Assembly (NCBI RefSeq): GCF_009914755.1
Contig: NC_060947.1
Length of the DNA stretch: 64,000 bases
Strand: one strand, 5' to 3'
Source of the DNA: the human T2T-CHM13v2.0 reference genome, Homo sapiens
This document shows, piece after piece, positions 15,114 to 29,887 of the stretch. A program made the translations under genes and the position numbers. Position 1 is the stretch's first letter; the number at the start of each line of letters is the position of its first letter. The notes under the pieces were generated by a model. That model made no database searches, was not told the origin of the DNA, and was given only the letters and a program-made list of their open reading frames with translations.

Positions 15114-15610
15114 GATTAAAGCTCAGATTCAGGATGGTGGGCAGGGGAGATGGCCACAGTGTGGACTTGGGACCCTGACTGCTGCTGGAGAAGCAGCCCA
15201 TGTGTCTTTGGGAAGACAGAGGTTCCGGTCTCCCATCCTGGACCCCACAGGCTTCCCTTGGCCACCCAGGGATCAGGCAGGACTAGAGCTGGGCAGCCAA
15301 GAGACAGACAGAGCTGACCCAAGGCACCAGAGTGTCAGGTGCAGAAGGGACCCGCAGGCTACCTGCCCTCCTTGGTCAGCCCTTCTCTCTCCAGGCCCTT
15401 ACCAGGCTCAGGCTAGAAAAGCTTTCAGATTACCTGTTATCACCCTCTCTCCCTGCTGCCAGGTTTCCCTCCCCAGCCTTCCTGCCCAGTGCTCCCCATG
15501 TATCTTCCAAGTGGGCTAGGATGGATCTGGAAGCTCCCTTCCTCTCTCTGCAGGCACAGGATTCCACTTGTCAGAACGTTCTTTCTGCTGGTGAGCCAAG
15601 CCTTCTCCCT
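15114..15610 (+). repeat. Outer inverted duplication, left arm (partner 45383-45878)
   Basis: Hand alignment to the reverse complement of 45383-45878 gives about 48 differences over ~490 bp. The shared ORF peptide LELGSQETDRADPRHQSVRCRR appears on opposite strands. Confidence 0.95.
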
Positions 15611-15627
15611 GCCTCTCTCTCCCACAT

Positions 15628-15870
15628 AATTTTATTGATATATAATTCACATTCCATACAAGTTTCCCATTTACAATGCACAATTTAGTTTTTTCCATTT
15701 ATTTACAGTTGCCCAACCATCACCACAATCAATTTTAGAAAATTTTCATGAACCCAAAAAGAAATCCTGTACTTATTTGTAACCCATTCCTCCCCACCAC
15801 CTAAGCCCTAGGCAGCTACTTTTCTACTTCTTGTTTCTATTGATTTTTCTATTCTGGAAACGTCATATAA
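15628..15870 (-). mobile_element. L1M 3' end fragment
   Basis: ttttattgatatataattcacattccatacaagtttcccatttacaatgcacaattt... antisense L1MB-type tail. Confidence 0.75.
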
Positions 15871-16192
15871 GTTTGGGTAGCATGGGTTTGATCCACCTTC
15901 TCTGGGAAACTTTGGGTAAGTCACTTCACCTCTCTGTGATTCAGTTTCCCAAGCATAAAAGCAGAAATATTGGTTTCTACCTCATAGGGTCATGATGAGG
16001 CTTAAATAAGCTAATGCATGTAAAACACTTAGCAGAGGGTTTGCTTTTATTACTGCTTTTTATAAAGTGATTTTCCTGATTACTGCTGTCATCCTTAACT
16101 GGTGTGTTCTCATTGGGATGGGGTAGAGTAGGACATGGGGGTGATAATGCAAGTATTTACATAATATCCAATATATTTAATAATGCATTAAA

Positions 16193-16421
16193 GCAAGTTT
16201 GTCCAAACCATGGCCCATGGGCTGCATGTGACCCAGGATGGCTTTGAATGTGGCCCAAAACAAATTTGTAAACTTTCTTAAAGCATTAAGAACTTTTTTC
16301 GTGATTTTTTTTTTTAGCTCATCAGCTATCATTAGTGTTAGTGTATTTTATGTGTGGCCCAACACAATTCTTCTTTGTCCAATGTGGCTCAGGGAAGCCA
16401 AAAGATTGGATACCCCTACTG
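16193..16421 (-). mobile_element. MER30 hAT MITE
   Basis: ttgtccaaaccatggcccatgggctgcatgtgacccaggatggctttgaatgtggccc...gaagccaaaagattggatacccct. Confidence 0.85.
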
Positions 16422-16659
16422 ATTAAAGCGTGGACATAATCCATCAGAATGTGTGAGCAATGATGAAAGTCCTGTGGTATTTCTGTTGGGTCTGGCACTA
16501 ACCCACCAATTTCTGATCTATAGAAAAGTCAAGGGTCCAGGATATTACTAGTGTAACAGAGGAGGAACTTGGAGGGTTCTCAGCTGCTGCCATATACTAA
16601 TCGGCCTGGAAGGATTTTAATATTTTAATACTCAGTATGGCCATGCCATCATATGCTGG

Positions 16660-16915
16660 CTGTACATTGGGCTTGTGTAGGACTGTCATCTTCCTTGCTA
16701 TGGACACCACACTTTTGGTTATAAAACTACTGCATCCTCACTGCTTTTTTGGCAGCTACACCACACTGCACTGAGGCCTGGGGTTGAAGCCCTCAAGTCT
16801 TTTCTATTCAGGTTGCTGCTAAGTTCCATCATCCCTTAATAACCCCTACTAGGTTGTGTTTTGGGCCTATGTTCAGAATCTTAGATTTCTAAGTGTGATT
16901 CATGTTGATTGTTAA
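16660..16915 (-). mobile_element. L3/CR1 LINE fragment
   Basis: Reverse complement reads gtgtggtgtagctgccaaaaaagc...gtggtgtccatagcaaggaagatgacagtcc, matching CR1 ORF2 3' consensus style. Confidence 0.6.
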
Positions 16916-17767
16916 GCTCCTTGAATTAGGGTGTGTACTTTATACCAGACATAATAAAGGGGCTTCAAGGCTTCCAGGCAGGCAGGCAGAGCTGGCAGTG
17001 GCAGCAATGACACCTGTCCCTACATATGTTCTTTGACTCCTCAGAAGTGGAAGGGACTCTGTTTAGCCTTGCCCTTGACCATGAAATTCGAATATGCTAC
17101 ACATTGAGAAAAGAGGAGAAGGCCTGAGGGAAGAGAAGGAGATGAAAGACTATTAAAAAGGATAAAATCTCCAATCTATATAGAGATGTGGCAAAGCCAT
17201 ACCAATTCTAGTTCCAAGCAGTTCTTCAGGTAAAGGCTGATTTGAAAATAGCAGCTAGGAAGGCGGCTTCAGAAGTGCAAGCAGAACGAGCTTCAGGCAA
17301 AGCAGAGACATTCCAGGAAATTTAACTGAAAAGGAGAGCAAGGTGACTAGGAAAATGACCCTGAAATGAGGACAGCATATGGGCTTCTGGACGGATGGTA
17401 GTGTGTGAGGTATTGTAGGGGGTGGCAGCAAGCACAGGTAAATGGGGTGGATGGAGGTGGTGTCTGGAACTTGTTTCCTGGGGCCCAGGCAAAGCAAGGT
17501 ATTTCAAATCTTGTCATAGGGAGGGTTGGGTTTTGTTTTTTGTTTTTTGTTTTTTGTTTGTTTGTTTGTTTGTTTGTTTGTTTTTTGCTATTGGTCTGGC
17601 TAGCCTTTCAATGATACAGCAAGTGAGGAGAAAAGGCAGCCAGCGCAAACAGCCAGGGCATGGCTTTATCAGGGCTGAGGGCAGACAATCTGATGAGCCA
17701 GTGTGGTGATTTGTGTAGCCTGTCTAGTGAGGAAGGGAGAGGCTTTTTCTAGCTAAGCAGCTGGTAT

Positions 17768-18457
17768 TGTAACTGTCCCGTGGGTTCACCTTGCCTGCTG
17801 CCTAGACAGAGCCGATTTATCAAGATAGAGAAATTGCAATAGAGAAAAAGTAATTCACTCAGAGCCAGCTGTGCAGGAGACCAGAGTTTTATTATTACAC
17901 AAAGCAGTCTCCCTGAACATTTGGGGATCAACGTTTTTAAGGGCAACTTGGTGGGTGGGAGGAAGCCAATGAGCTGGGAGTACTGATTGGTCAGGTCAGA
18001 GATGAAATCACAGGGAGTCCAAGCTGTCTTCTTGCACTGAGTCAGTTCCTGGGTGGGGGCCACAAGATCAGATGAGCCAGTTTATCAATCTGGGTCGTGC
18101 CAGCTGATCCATCAAGTGCAGGGTCTGCAAAATATCTCCAGCACTGATCTTAGGAGCAATTTAGGGAGGGTCAGAATCTTGTAGCCTCCAGCTGCGTGAC
18201 TCCTAAACCATAATTTCTAATCTTCTGGCTAATGTTAGTCCTACAAAGGCAGTCTAATCCCCAGGCAAGAAGGAGGTTTGTTTTGGGAAATGGCTGTTAT
18301 CATCTTTGTTTTAAACTATAAACTAAGTTCCTCCCAAAGTTAGTTCAGCCTACGCCCAGGAATGAACAAGGACAGCTTAGTGGTTAGAAGCAAGACGGAG
18401 TCAGTTAGGTTAGATCTCTTTCACTGTCTCAAGCATAATTTTGCAAAGGCAGTTTCA
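17768..18457 (-). mobile_element. 3' LTR (LTR8)
   Basis: Reverse complement starts TGAAACTGCCTTTGCAAAATTATG...GAGACAGTGAAAGAGATCTAACCTAAC, the LTR8 start. Confidence 0.9.
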
Positions 18458-18470
18458 ATCCCTCCCTTTG
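18458..18470 (-). promoter_or_regulatory. Polypurine tract of the provirus
   Basis: Minus strand caaagggagggat directly precedes the 3' LTR. Confidence 0.8.
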
Positions 18471-19321
18471 CGTTTTATAACACCTTGATCTTAAGGTGTT
18501 GGCTAATGAAGATGGAAAAAGAGCAAAGACTACTCTAACTTCTTCCTTCTGATCAGGGGTGTAGTGGAGGTAGGTGTTGACCCCAAGGTGAGAGGATTAG
18601 GACCACTTTGCCACTGTCTGAGCACACTCATGCAGGCCTGGCTGGGGTTCCAAGGCTTGCATCGTGAAGGTGTTAGTATTGTCATCTATAGTTTTAGTAC
18701 TGCATTTAAGGGAACAGCATACTATAAGGTAAATAATGTGTACTAGGGTAAGGAGTGCAATTCCCAGTTTTAAAAGTAAAGATCTGAAAGCATTAGTTTG
18801 GGGACTTGTAGCCCACAAAGAATTTAGGATTTAGTCCAAACTGCAGAAAAAACTCAAGAACAGCTAACAAGAGGTGTACTATAGTTTTTCTTTTGAAGCA
18901 TAATTTTTCTCTCTCTAGTCCTCATTTTTATTAAAAACAAATCATGATAGAATTGATTTGTTTATAAAATAAACTTTAGTCTTATTGTACTTGGCCTGAT
19001 TATTTGCATAAAGTACAGCAAGAATAATTATTTTTCACATAGACTTTTAAAATTGGCTTTGATGGAACTCTGTTCCGTAAGGAATCTCATATAAAGCTTT
19101 TTTAAAGCTGAGCCCAGCCATGGGTTTGTACCCTCAAATACCTATGATTTGGGTAAATTCCCTTCCTTTTGAGGTCCCAAGATAACTTGGGGCTCCTGGG
19201 CCTCTCAGAAAGTGACATTCTTTACTTACCACAGGTCAGGAACCTTGTACAGGGACTGTGTAGACAAGGTATGAGGCCAGATTCCCCAAGGGGTTATTAC
19301 TGGCTCTGTAAGTCAACTTTG

Positions 19322-19621
<300 letters not shown>

Positions 19622-20075
19622 AACTTTGATTCTTTAAAGAAAGCATACCATTCCAATGAAAGCCTTGGTAAAATAACCAGTTTCTCCAAATGTGTCTGTT
19701 ACAAAAGAAAACAGATTTTTATTGCACGTATGCAAATAACTATACTGCCATAAGTTGAGAATACTCACAAATAGTTTCCAAATTTTGGAGAAATCAGGTA
19801 GAGGGAAACAAATATGCTCCCAATTTTGTTTGCAGGAGTACATTTTACTCAATTGTTAAAAGCTGTAAATAGTTCAAAAGAAAAGCCTTCTTGACTCTGG
19901 AAAACATAAAAGGATTAGCAATGTTTTAAGTGAAAAGTCAAAAAAGATTACTTCAGCCTTCTATTTGAAAGTGTTTCCTCTATTGTAATGTGACGATTTC
20001 CAGAGTTATCAATCAGAAACTTGCATTTAAGAGCACCTGATAGAGTTTCATAGCTGATTATAAAACCATCATTTA

Positions 20076-20398
<323 letters not shown>

Positions 20399-21970
20399 TC
20401 AAAACAAGACAAGAATTGTCTGTGGATGACAAAAAGATTAGGGCAGCCACAGTTAAAGACAATTGACAAGGAAATTTGTTACCTCCGTGGCACACAATAA
20501 TTTAACATAACAATTATAATTATTACTGATAATATACACTAAGTCATATCAGAATTATAGGAGTTTCACATAATTTTGGAACATATAACAATAACACATT
20601 TACACAAATATAGCCCACAGAAAGTCAAGCACCATTTCATATTTGGCAATGCTTCCTGTATGATTTTTATATCAAATAAGCCAAATGTGTCATTTTTGGA
20701 CTTCAGAGGGCCTAATGTCTAGAGGATTAATTAGGTCAGAAAATCACATACTTTATAACTAAGCTGATTTTTGAAAGTCTGTCAAATATCAAAGGTTTAA
20801 AACACTGGATCTCACAAAATAGGATCACAGCTTATTTATTTATACTAAGCGGTAACTCAAAAAAAATTTTTTTAAAGGCAAAAATCTTTACTCTGATAGA
20901 AGAGACTTAGCTTTCCAAACAAGACCCAATGAAGATAACAAGAGGCCAACTGAATTTGTTTCTTTTCTGTCCTTTTTTCCCCCTCCCACTTACCCAAAGG
21001 GGCAAACAAAAACCTTTCATTATATTACATAAAAATCTTTTCCAAAAAACCAAACTTCATGTTTGCATGAGTACATCTTTCATGCTAAAGCTGGTTTTTA
21101 CATAAAATTTTATAAATCTATCCAGTTTTAATTAATTTGACTATAAGGTAAGATTTTCACAAATGTTTTAGAACCCTTTATAATTTTCCATTAAATAGTC
21201 CATTAATGTTCTAAGAAAACCCTGTTATTCAGACACATAGGCCCAGATTCTGACCCCAAATCATTATGATTTTAATGTTTTAACCTACAGGAAAAAAATT
21301 AAATAATCCCCTTCAAATCTTAGCCAATTTGCTCATAACCACAGAGCTTTCTTTACAAGACCAACCCTTCACAAACCCTTTTCACTTTGCTTAAACCTTC
21401 AGTTTTGTCTCATTACTCTTTTAGGTTAAGATAATCTTTAAAACCCTATGAACTATACAAAATTACATTCCCATTAAAAGAAGCCATATTCCCATGCCTT
21501 CTCATAATCTTTTACCAAAAACTCATTCTACTTTCCTTACATACCTTGTATGTAAAACTGTTTCTCCAGTAGTCTCAATAACCTGTTACAATGTTAACTC
21601 TTAGCAACTTTTACTTTTGGTGAAAAACCTAAGAAGCAATTTTAATTATGTACTAAGGGTGGAACCTAGGACATTATACAGAAGTGAAGATAAGGTATGA
21701 CTCTTTCTAGCATAGGTAGTGGGAGCATGGCTAACTCCACATGTCCCCAGGCCTTATCTAGAATCTAATGCTCCAAAGTAGATAAATTGAACAATTTTCA
21801 AAAGTCAAAGAAGCAGTTTATGATCTTAAAGCATTTAGCACAACTGATATCTGACCTTAATTTAGACCAAATGTCTATGTTTTGAAGACATTTTATTTTA
21901 CCAATAATCTTTAAAACTGTCTTTATTTCCAAAAGATTACTAAAGTCATGTGAACAAAATAGCATTACAG

Positions 21971-22284
21971 TTTATTTTTATTTTTATTCATTTTTTTTTT
22001 TTTGAGATGGAGTTTCACTGTTGTTGCCCAGGCTGGAGTGCAATGGTGCGGCTTGGCTCAATGCAACCTCCACCTCCTGGGTTCAGGCAATTCTCCTGCC
22101 TCAGCCTCCTGAGCAGCTGGGATTACAGGCATGTGCCACCACACCCAGATAATTTTGTATTTTTAGTAGAGATGAGGTTTCTCCATATTGGTCAGGTTGG
22201 TCTCAAACCCCCAACCTCAGGTGATCCACCTGCCTCGGCCTCCCAAAGTGCTGGGATTACAGGTGTGAGCCACCATGCCCAGCC
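21971..22284 (-). mobile_element. Alu inside ERV
   Basis: Antisense Alu dimer with T-rich head. Confidence 0.95.
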
Positions 22285-22940
22285 CTAAAGTTTCTATTTT
22301 TATAACAAAATATTTGACTTAAGTGCTTATTTTCCTAAGCCAATTAATTAGAGCTCTTTTATATAAACATCACACACATAACACATACAAATAGACAGAC
22401 AGAAGATCCAGTAGTTGTAAGATTTTTCATTTGCCAGATTCTTTATTGGATTACAGGCTTCAAGGTGGAGCCCTTGGAGAAACAGGGCCAGGAAACCATG
22501 CAGTTTCTAGGGCCTAATAAAGAGACACAGATGAAAGGCAAAGATAGATCCCCAAAATTAAGGGTGCCATTTTATACTGGATCCTGGATCCCCAAAAAGG
22601 AGGGAAAACTATGGGAGAAGACAGTGCAGTGCTTCTACCGTGCCTTTCATTGCAAGGCAACCCAAAGCCAACCAGCCCATTTTGTAATCAGTTCATCCCC
22701 CATGGGAGTCTCATCTCTTAGTGGGGGTTTGGGATGTTTCCATCTATTCCAGGTGGCCAAAAGCATGCTTCTCTAATCGAAACATCAAAGAGCCAAGTAT
22801 CCCCCCATAACTGCCATTAACCATCCTCAAAAGTGTATTTCCTACCTAGTTATTACACACCAAGCTTCTTTCATAATGCAAAGTAATTTCTGGCACCCAC
22901 AAAGGTCAAAACCATCAACTAAGGCAATGCAAAACAGAAC

Positions 22941-23218
22941 AGAACCTTATATTTTGAGAGGGATCTATTCTCTTTCACTTCCTGGGCTTCTGTGAGGAAA
23001 ACAGAGGTTTTTCCCAGAATGGTCTCTGTGGTGCCTCCTCTGCTTTTCCCCAGGAGTCTCAGGCTGTTAGAATTATCTTAGAACCTTATATTTTGAGAGG
23101 GATCTATTCTCTTTCACCTCCTGGGCTTCTGTGAGGAAAACAGAGGTTTTTCCCGGAATGGTCTCTGTGGTGCCTCCTCTGCTTTTCTCCAGGAGTCTCA
23201 GGCTGTTAGAGTTATCTT
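22941..23218. repeat. 139-bp tandem duplication (2 copies)
   Basis: agaaccttatattttgagagg...ttatctt at 22941-23079 and 23080-23218, about 4 mismatches. Confidence 0.95.
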
Positions 23219-23225
23219 AGGTTCT

Positions 23226-23860
23226 CCACTTTTACACTGCTGGTGGGACTGTAAACTAGTTCAACCATTGTGGAAGACAGTGTAGCGATTCCTCAAGGAT
23301 CTAGAACTAGAAATACCATTTGACCCAGCCATCCCATTACTGGGTATATACCCAAAGGATTATAAATCATGCTGCTATAAAGACACATGCACACATGTGT
23401 TTATTGCGGCACTATTCACAATAGCAAAGACTTGGAACCAACCCAAATGTCCATCAGTGATAGACTGGATTAAGAAAATGTGGCACATATACACCATGGA
23501 ATACTATGCAGCCATAAAAAAGGATGAGATCATGTCCTTTGTAGGGACATGGATGAAGCTGGAAACCATCATTCTCAGCAAACTATCGCAAGGACAAAAA
23601 ACCAAACACTGCATGTTCTCACTCATAGGTGGGAATTAAACAATGAGAACACTTGGACACAGGAAGGGGGACATCACACACCGGGGCCTGTTGTGGGGTT
23701 GGGGTGGGGGGAGGGATAGCATTAGGAGATATACCTAATGTAAATGATGAGTTAATGGGTGCAGCACACAAACATGGCACATGTATACATATGTAACAAA
23801 CCTGCACGTTGTGCACATGTACCCTAGAACTTAAAGTATAATAAAAAAATTTTAAAAAAA
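23226..23860 (+). mobile_element. 5'-truncated primate L1PA inside ERV
   Basis: ORF2 C-terminus MFIAALFTIAKTWNQPKCPS, 3'UTR and A tail; 18-bp TSD at 23208-23225 and 23861-23878 (1 mismatch). Confidence 0.95.
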
Positions 23861-24004
23861 AGAATTATCTTAGGTTCTTTCATGTAGGCATCAAGAGTGG
23901 CAAGAAGACAAAATGGAGAATAACAATTCAGTCTACCAAGAAGAATAAAACTTTTTTTCGGAAAAACGCAATCCAAGAAGAGGAAAAAGATAAAGTCCTT
24001 TTAA

Positions 24005-24337
<333 letters not shown>

Positions 24338-26088
24338 TAATTAAGAAGATTTTAACCACAGAGCTCCTTTTGTAAAAAAAAAAAAAAAAATTAAAATATT
24401 TTATTGCCAGACTCTAGCCAGGACAGTCAGTCAATATTTCTGGCTTTTGAACTTTACTGCAGGCAACCTCCCATGTGAAATTAATAAATTTTAACTAAGG
24501 TTATGACTTAACCACGGACACATACGGTGTCTCAAAGGAATGGTAAGCAGTTTTTTGTTTTTTTGTTTGTTTGTTTTTACCAAGACAAGAACAGAAGAAC
24601 AGAAGCTATCGATGGGTTAATAAAAAACCCTCAATAAATGGCAAAGTTACACACATAACAAACCAGAAATGAATTATTCCAGAAGCCAAGAATTGAATCC
24701 AGGCTGCCATTGTCAAAAAGACAAAGGCTTAGCTACTGAGTTATACAGCATTGAGCAGTTTCCATTGCTTTTCCCAGAAGAAGTCTAGAGCAGCTAATTT
24801 CAAGCTTGCAAAGGCTTTTAACTGCTCAAGATAATTTTTAGGGCTATGACATGAACCCCCAAATTCCTGTCCTCTGGATTGCAGAAACCAAGAGAAAGTA
24901 TCCCCACATGGTCACAAGGTTAAGCTCTTAAGGATACAAAACAAGACAGAGATATTTCATCCTGTATTCGTTTCAGGAACCCATTGCAAAGTTTTAACCA
25001 ACCAGCCTGCTGGGCTGGCTTGAAAAGCCACCCTTTTCTGTTTTATGGAACCATAGGCAAAAGATTGTCAATTTTGCAAGATGTTGCCCAACAGGCTGCA
25101 TGGGTAACCGAATTAACATTTTCCAGCCCAACAAAATACACGTAACAGAACAGACACTAGTCACCTCATTCAGCACCCAATATCAACCTGGCAAAGTTCG
25201 GACTTTCTTCTGTTGGTCCCTGTTGTCTTTGATCCACTCCAGGTGGGGAGGGCTGACTTCCAAATAATAATTCACAATGGGTGATCTTTGGGCAAGGCAA
25301 AGACCAGATAGTCACCCTGAGACAAGCCTGTTGAGCTTTTTTTAGGGCTTACCGAATGGAATGTGACCAGACAAATAAGGGGGTTCTCTGAGTTAGGCCT
25401 GCTGGACTTCCGTCAGCAATTCCTTCTGAGATCCCCTCCACGTATACAAATGCACACAAAGACAAGACAGACAGAAGGCCTTCCAAATCAGATCCTTAAC
25501 CAAGAACTCCAAGAATATCCCTTCCAAACTACCCTCCCCTTCTCTGTCTGAGAAATCTCCCCCAAATTTTCCTGATTGAGAAGTCTCCTGAACCAAGATT
25601 CTTCCTACTAGTTAGGGAAAGCCAACCGAGACCCTCCAGGAGCCGAACCAAGACAGACACCACCCAATGGAGCTACAGACAAACTGAGACCCCTGAAGGA
25701 GCCAAACCGAGACAGACATCCTGAGGTGGAGCTGCAAACAGACACCCCACAATGGGGCTACCAACACCCCACCATAGGGCTACAGAGCCAGTCAGGAGAA
25801 GGAAGGAGGCATTGGCAATGCCTAGGATACTCACCAACCCAGATACCCTGCAATGGGGCTACAGACCGACACCCTCTAATGGGGCTACAGTTATGGGATT
25901 CCTTCCCAGGACTATTTCTCCATTGCAATTAAATCCAATGCACATTGGGTCAGCAGCACCAGATAGAGCATAAGTAGAGAACCAGAGTCAGACCCCAGTC
26001 CAAGAGAACTAGGTGGCCACTTGGGCTGGCCTCTGGATCCATCGCCAGGTGGATGGCGATGAACCATGGGCAGGTAGCCACAAGGGCA

Positions 26089-26106
26089 ATCCCAGACGAG
26101 CTCCCA
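26089..26106 (-). promoter_or_regulatory. Primer-binding site, tRNA-Pro
   Basis: Minus strand TGGGAGCTCGTCTGGGAT is 16/18 identical to the Pro PBS TGGGGGCTCGTCCGGGAT and lies 4 nt after the 5' LTR. Confidence 0.85.
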
Positions 26107-26110
26107 AATT

Positions 26111-26836
26111 TGTAACCGCCCAGTGGGTTCACCTTGCCCACTGCCTAGACAGAGCCAATTTATCAAGACAGGGAAATTGCAATAGAGAAAAAGTAATTCA
26201 CTCAGAGCCAGCTGTGCAGGAGACTGGAATTTGATCATTACTCAAACCAGTCTGGAGCATATTACTCAAATCCAGAGCATTCAGGGATCAGACTTTTTAA
26301 GGACAACTTGGTGGGTGGGGGAAGCCAGTGAGCTGGGAGTACTGATTGGTCAGGTCAGAGATGAAATCATAGAGAGTCCAAGCTGTCTTCTTGTGCTGAG
26401 TCAGTTCCTGGGTGGGGGCCTCAAGATCAGAAGAGCCAGTTTATCAATCTGGGTGTTGCCAGCTGATCTGATCCATCAAGTGCAGGGTCTGCAAAATATC
26501 TCAAGCACTGATCTTAGGAGCAGTTTAGAGGGGGTCGGAATCTTGTAGCCTCCAGCTGCACGACTCCTAAATCATAATTTCTAATCTTGTGGTTAATGCT
26601 AGTCCTACAGAGGCAGTCTAGTCCCCAGGCAAGAAGGTTTGTTTTGGGAAATGGCTGTTATCATCTTTGTTTTAAACTATAAACTATTATAAACTGTAAA
26701 CTAAGTTCCTCCCAAAGTTAGTTCAGCCTACACCCAGGAATGACCAAGGACAGTTTGGAGGTTAGAAGCAAGATGAAGTTGGTTAGGTTGGATCTCTTTC
26801 ACTATCTCTAGTCATAATTTTGCAAAGGTGGTTTCA
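26111..26836 (-). mobile_element. 5' LTR (LTR8)
   Basis: Direct repeat of 17768-18457; 13 mismatches in the first ~130 bp compared by hand. Confidence 0.9.
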
Positions 26837-26890
26837 GTATGCAGAGGAAGATAAATGCTGGCATCTGGGCACCTGATGAAAGAAAAGTAT

Positions 26891-27173
26891 GTCCTCAGAA
26901 AGGCAATGGAGCAGTTCGGAAAAAGAAGGAAAAGGGTAGAACTGCAGCTTCTGTTTTTGCTCAACTCTGGCAGCTGAGTGTTGTGGGTGGGGTACTGGAA
27001 TTCAAGAGACCCTAAAATGCTCTCTGCAGACCTCAGAGCTGATGCCCACTGATGATGATTCCAATCACAAAATCTCAAACACTGTGCTATGAGTACTTGC
27101 TAATGAAAACCCTGTGCTGTCTAGCAGGGCAAGGGTGTGTTTCTTAGGTAAAACTTCCAAGTATAGTTGGGAT
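26891..27173 (+). repeat. Inner inverted duplication, left arm (partner 28329-28590)
   Basis: Aligns to the reverse complement of 28329-28590 at roughly 85%, e.g. tgattccaatcacaaaatctc vs gagattttgtgattggaatca. Confidence 0.95.
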
Positions 27174-27394
27174 ATTTTTCTCTAGAATGTCTTCCTGTCC
27201 CCAAGGCTAGGTCTCTCTTTGACTTTATCTGGGTTCATAATGTTGTGACTAAGAGCAGATACTTTCTCTGTCTGAGTTCCAATTCTACCCCTGCTACTTA
27301 CTAGCTGTGTCATCCTAGGCAAGTTGCATCACCACTCTGTGACTCAGTTTCCTCATCTGTAGAATGGCTATAGTGAGAGCACCTGCCTCATTGC

Positions 27395-28003
<609 letters not shown>

Positions 28004-28328
28004 CCTCATTGCATTATTTATAAGGAATCATAACACAGGTCAAATGCTTAGAACAGAGTTTAGCATGTACTAAGAACGCAATAAACATTATAACTTGGGT
28101 TTTGAGTCATTCTCCACCTTAGTCATTGCCCTTCCTGCTTTGTGTCTTCTGTAAATGTCCCTAATCAAGCCACTGAATAAAAATAATGTTGGCATGAAAA
28201 GAAATCTCTCTTCCTTTCTTACCAGCCTCCCATTCAGTTCTCTGAGCTGTCTGAACACTTCGGGCACATACATGTATATGCACTGTGGCTATTAAGGTCT
28301 CACCCCTTAACTCTGCTGCACTCAGACG

Positions 28329-28590
28329 ATCCAAACTATACTCAGGGGTTTTACCTGAGAAACACCCCCTTGCCCTGCTATTCAGTACAGGATTTTCATT
28401 AACTAGTATTCACAGCAGTGTTTGAGAGAGATTTTGTGATTGGAATCAGCATCAGTGAGCATCACCTCTGAGGTCTGCAAAGAGTGTCTTAAGGTCTCCT
28501 GAATACCAGCACCCCCCACAACACTCAACTACCAGAGTTGAGCAAAAACGGAAGCTGCAACTCTGCCCTTTTCCTTCTCTTTCTGAGGAC
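28329..28590 (-). repeat. Inner inverted duplication, right arm
   Basis: See 26891-27173. Confidence 0.95.
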
Positions 28591-28755
28591 CACTCCTCAC
28601 ATCCTTTTCTCTCCTTGTATTACTACACTTCTTCCCCCAGGATGCTGCTCCTTCTATCTTTTCTCCCTCCCTCTCTACCTTCTTCTCTCTCTATCTGCAC
28701 CGCCTACCCATCATCCAGTCATATAAGCTGGGTACCTAGAGTAATCATCCTAGAT

Positions 28756-28975
28756 CAGGGATCAGCAAATATTTTTCCATAAAGAGTCAGACAGTAAATA
28801 TTTAAGGCTTTGAGGGCCACATATAATCTCTGTCACAACTACTCAATTCTGCTGTTGTGGCACAAAAACAGCCATAGCCAACATGTAAATGAATGGATGT
28901 GGCTGTGTTATAATAAAACTCTTGTGCAAACACAGGCAGTGGGCCAGTTTGGCCTGCAGGCTGTAGTTTGATAAG
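28756..28975 (+). mobile_element. MER58A hAT MITE
   Basis: cagggatcagcaaatatttttccataaagagtcagacagtaaatattt...ggccagtttggcctgcaggctgtagtttg. Confidence 0.85.
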
Positions 28976-28999
28976 AATTATTGCAAGGCATAACTTTTT

Positions 29000-29740
29000 C
29001 CTCAAAACCCATTCTGTCATCTAGTTCATAAAAATATGTTCAATTTGTCCACTTCTTGCCAACTCTGCTACTTCCACCATGGATCAAGCCACTGTCATCT
29101 CATGCCTGGACCGTTCATTGCAGTAGCTTCCTGATTGGTTTCTTTCACTCTACTTTTGTCCTACAGTTCACATAGCAGCCGAAGTGTTCCTTTCAAAGTT
29201 AACATTTCATTTCTATTTAAAACCATTCAACGGCTTCATACTTTTCTTAAGATAAAGACTCAAATCTTTATATGGTTTATACGATACTACATGATCTGAG
29301 TATGCCTACTTTTTTCAGTCTTTCCTTTTACCACCCTTTCTTGATGACTATGCCTTAGCCACACGGGCCTTTATTTAGTTCTTCAAACATGCCAAGCACT
29401 TTTATACTTCAGGGCCTTTGCATAAACTGTTCCCTGTACTAAAAATCTGCCCCCTTCCCCATCTCTTCATTTCCATTAATCCACATGGAATGAATGCCTA
29501 TTCATCTATCAATCCTCAATTCAAAGGACATTTGCTTAGGAAAGCCTTCCCTACTCAGTCCCAGACTAGAAGACGCCCCACAGAAATATGCTTTCAGAGC
29601 TCCACATAATTTTTCTTCCGAGAACATATCCCAATTTATAATATGCAGTGGTTCATGTGATTATTTGATTAAAGCCTATTTCCCCTACTAGGATGTAAGC
29701 TCCATGATAGCAGAGACTGGGTCTATCTTCTACCTTGTTA
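29000..29740. mobile_element. L2 LINE fragment
   Basis: caagccactgtcatctcatgcctgga...cagggcctttgcataaactgttccct...taggatgtaagctccatga. Confidence 0.65.
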
Positions 29741-29887
29741 TTAACATAGACCCAAAATCTTTAATAAAACTGATTTGTATTAAGTTTAATTTTCAAAAAT
29801 ATTTTGTTGGGGTATAATTGGTATATAATAAGCAACACATTAAAAATGTACAATTTAATAATTCGGACATATATACATATATACATA

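Noticed and set aside
17150-17285. Short inverted word matches to 40430-40510
   Set aside because: The matches are in the wrong relative order for an inverted duplication.
25625-25892. Repeat-spacer pattern superficially CRISPR-like
   Set aside because: Degenerate, irregular units inside an ERV leader in primate DNA; no cas genes.
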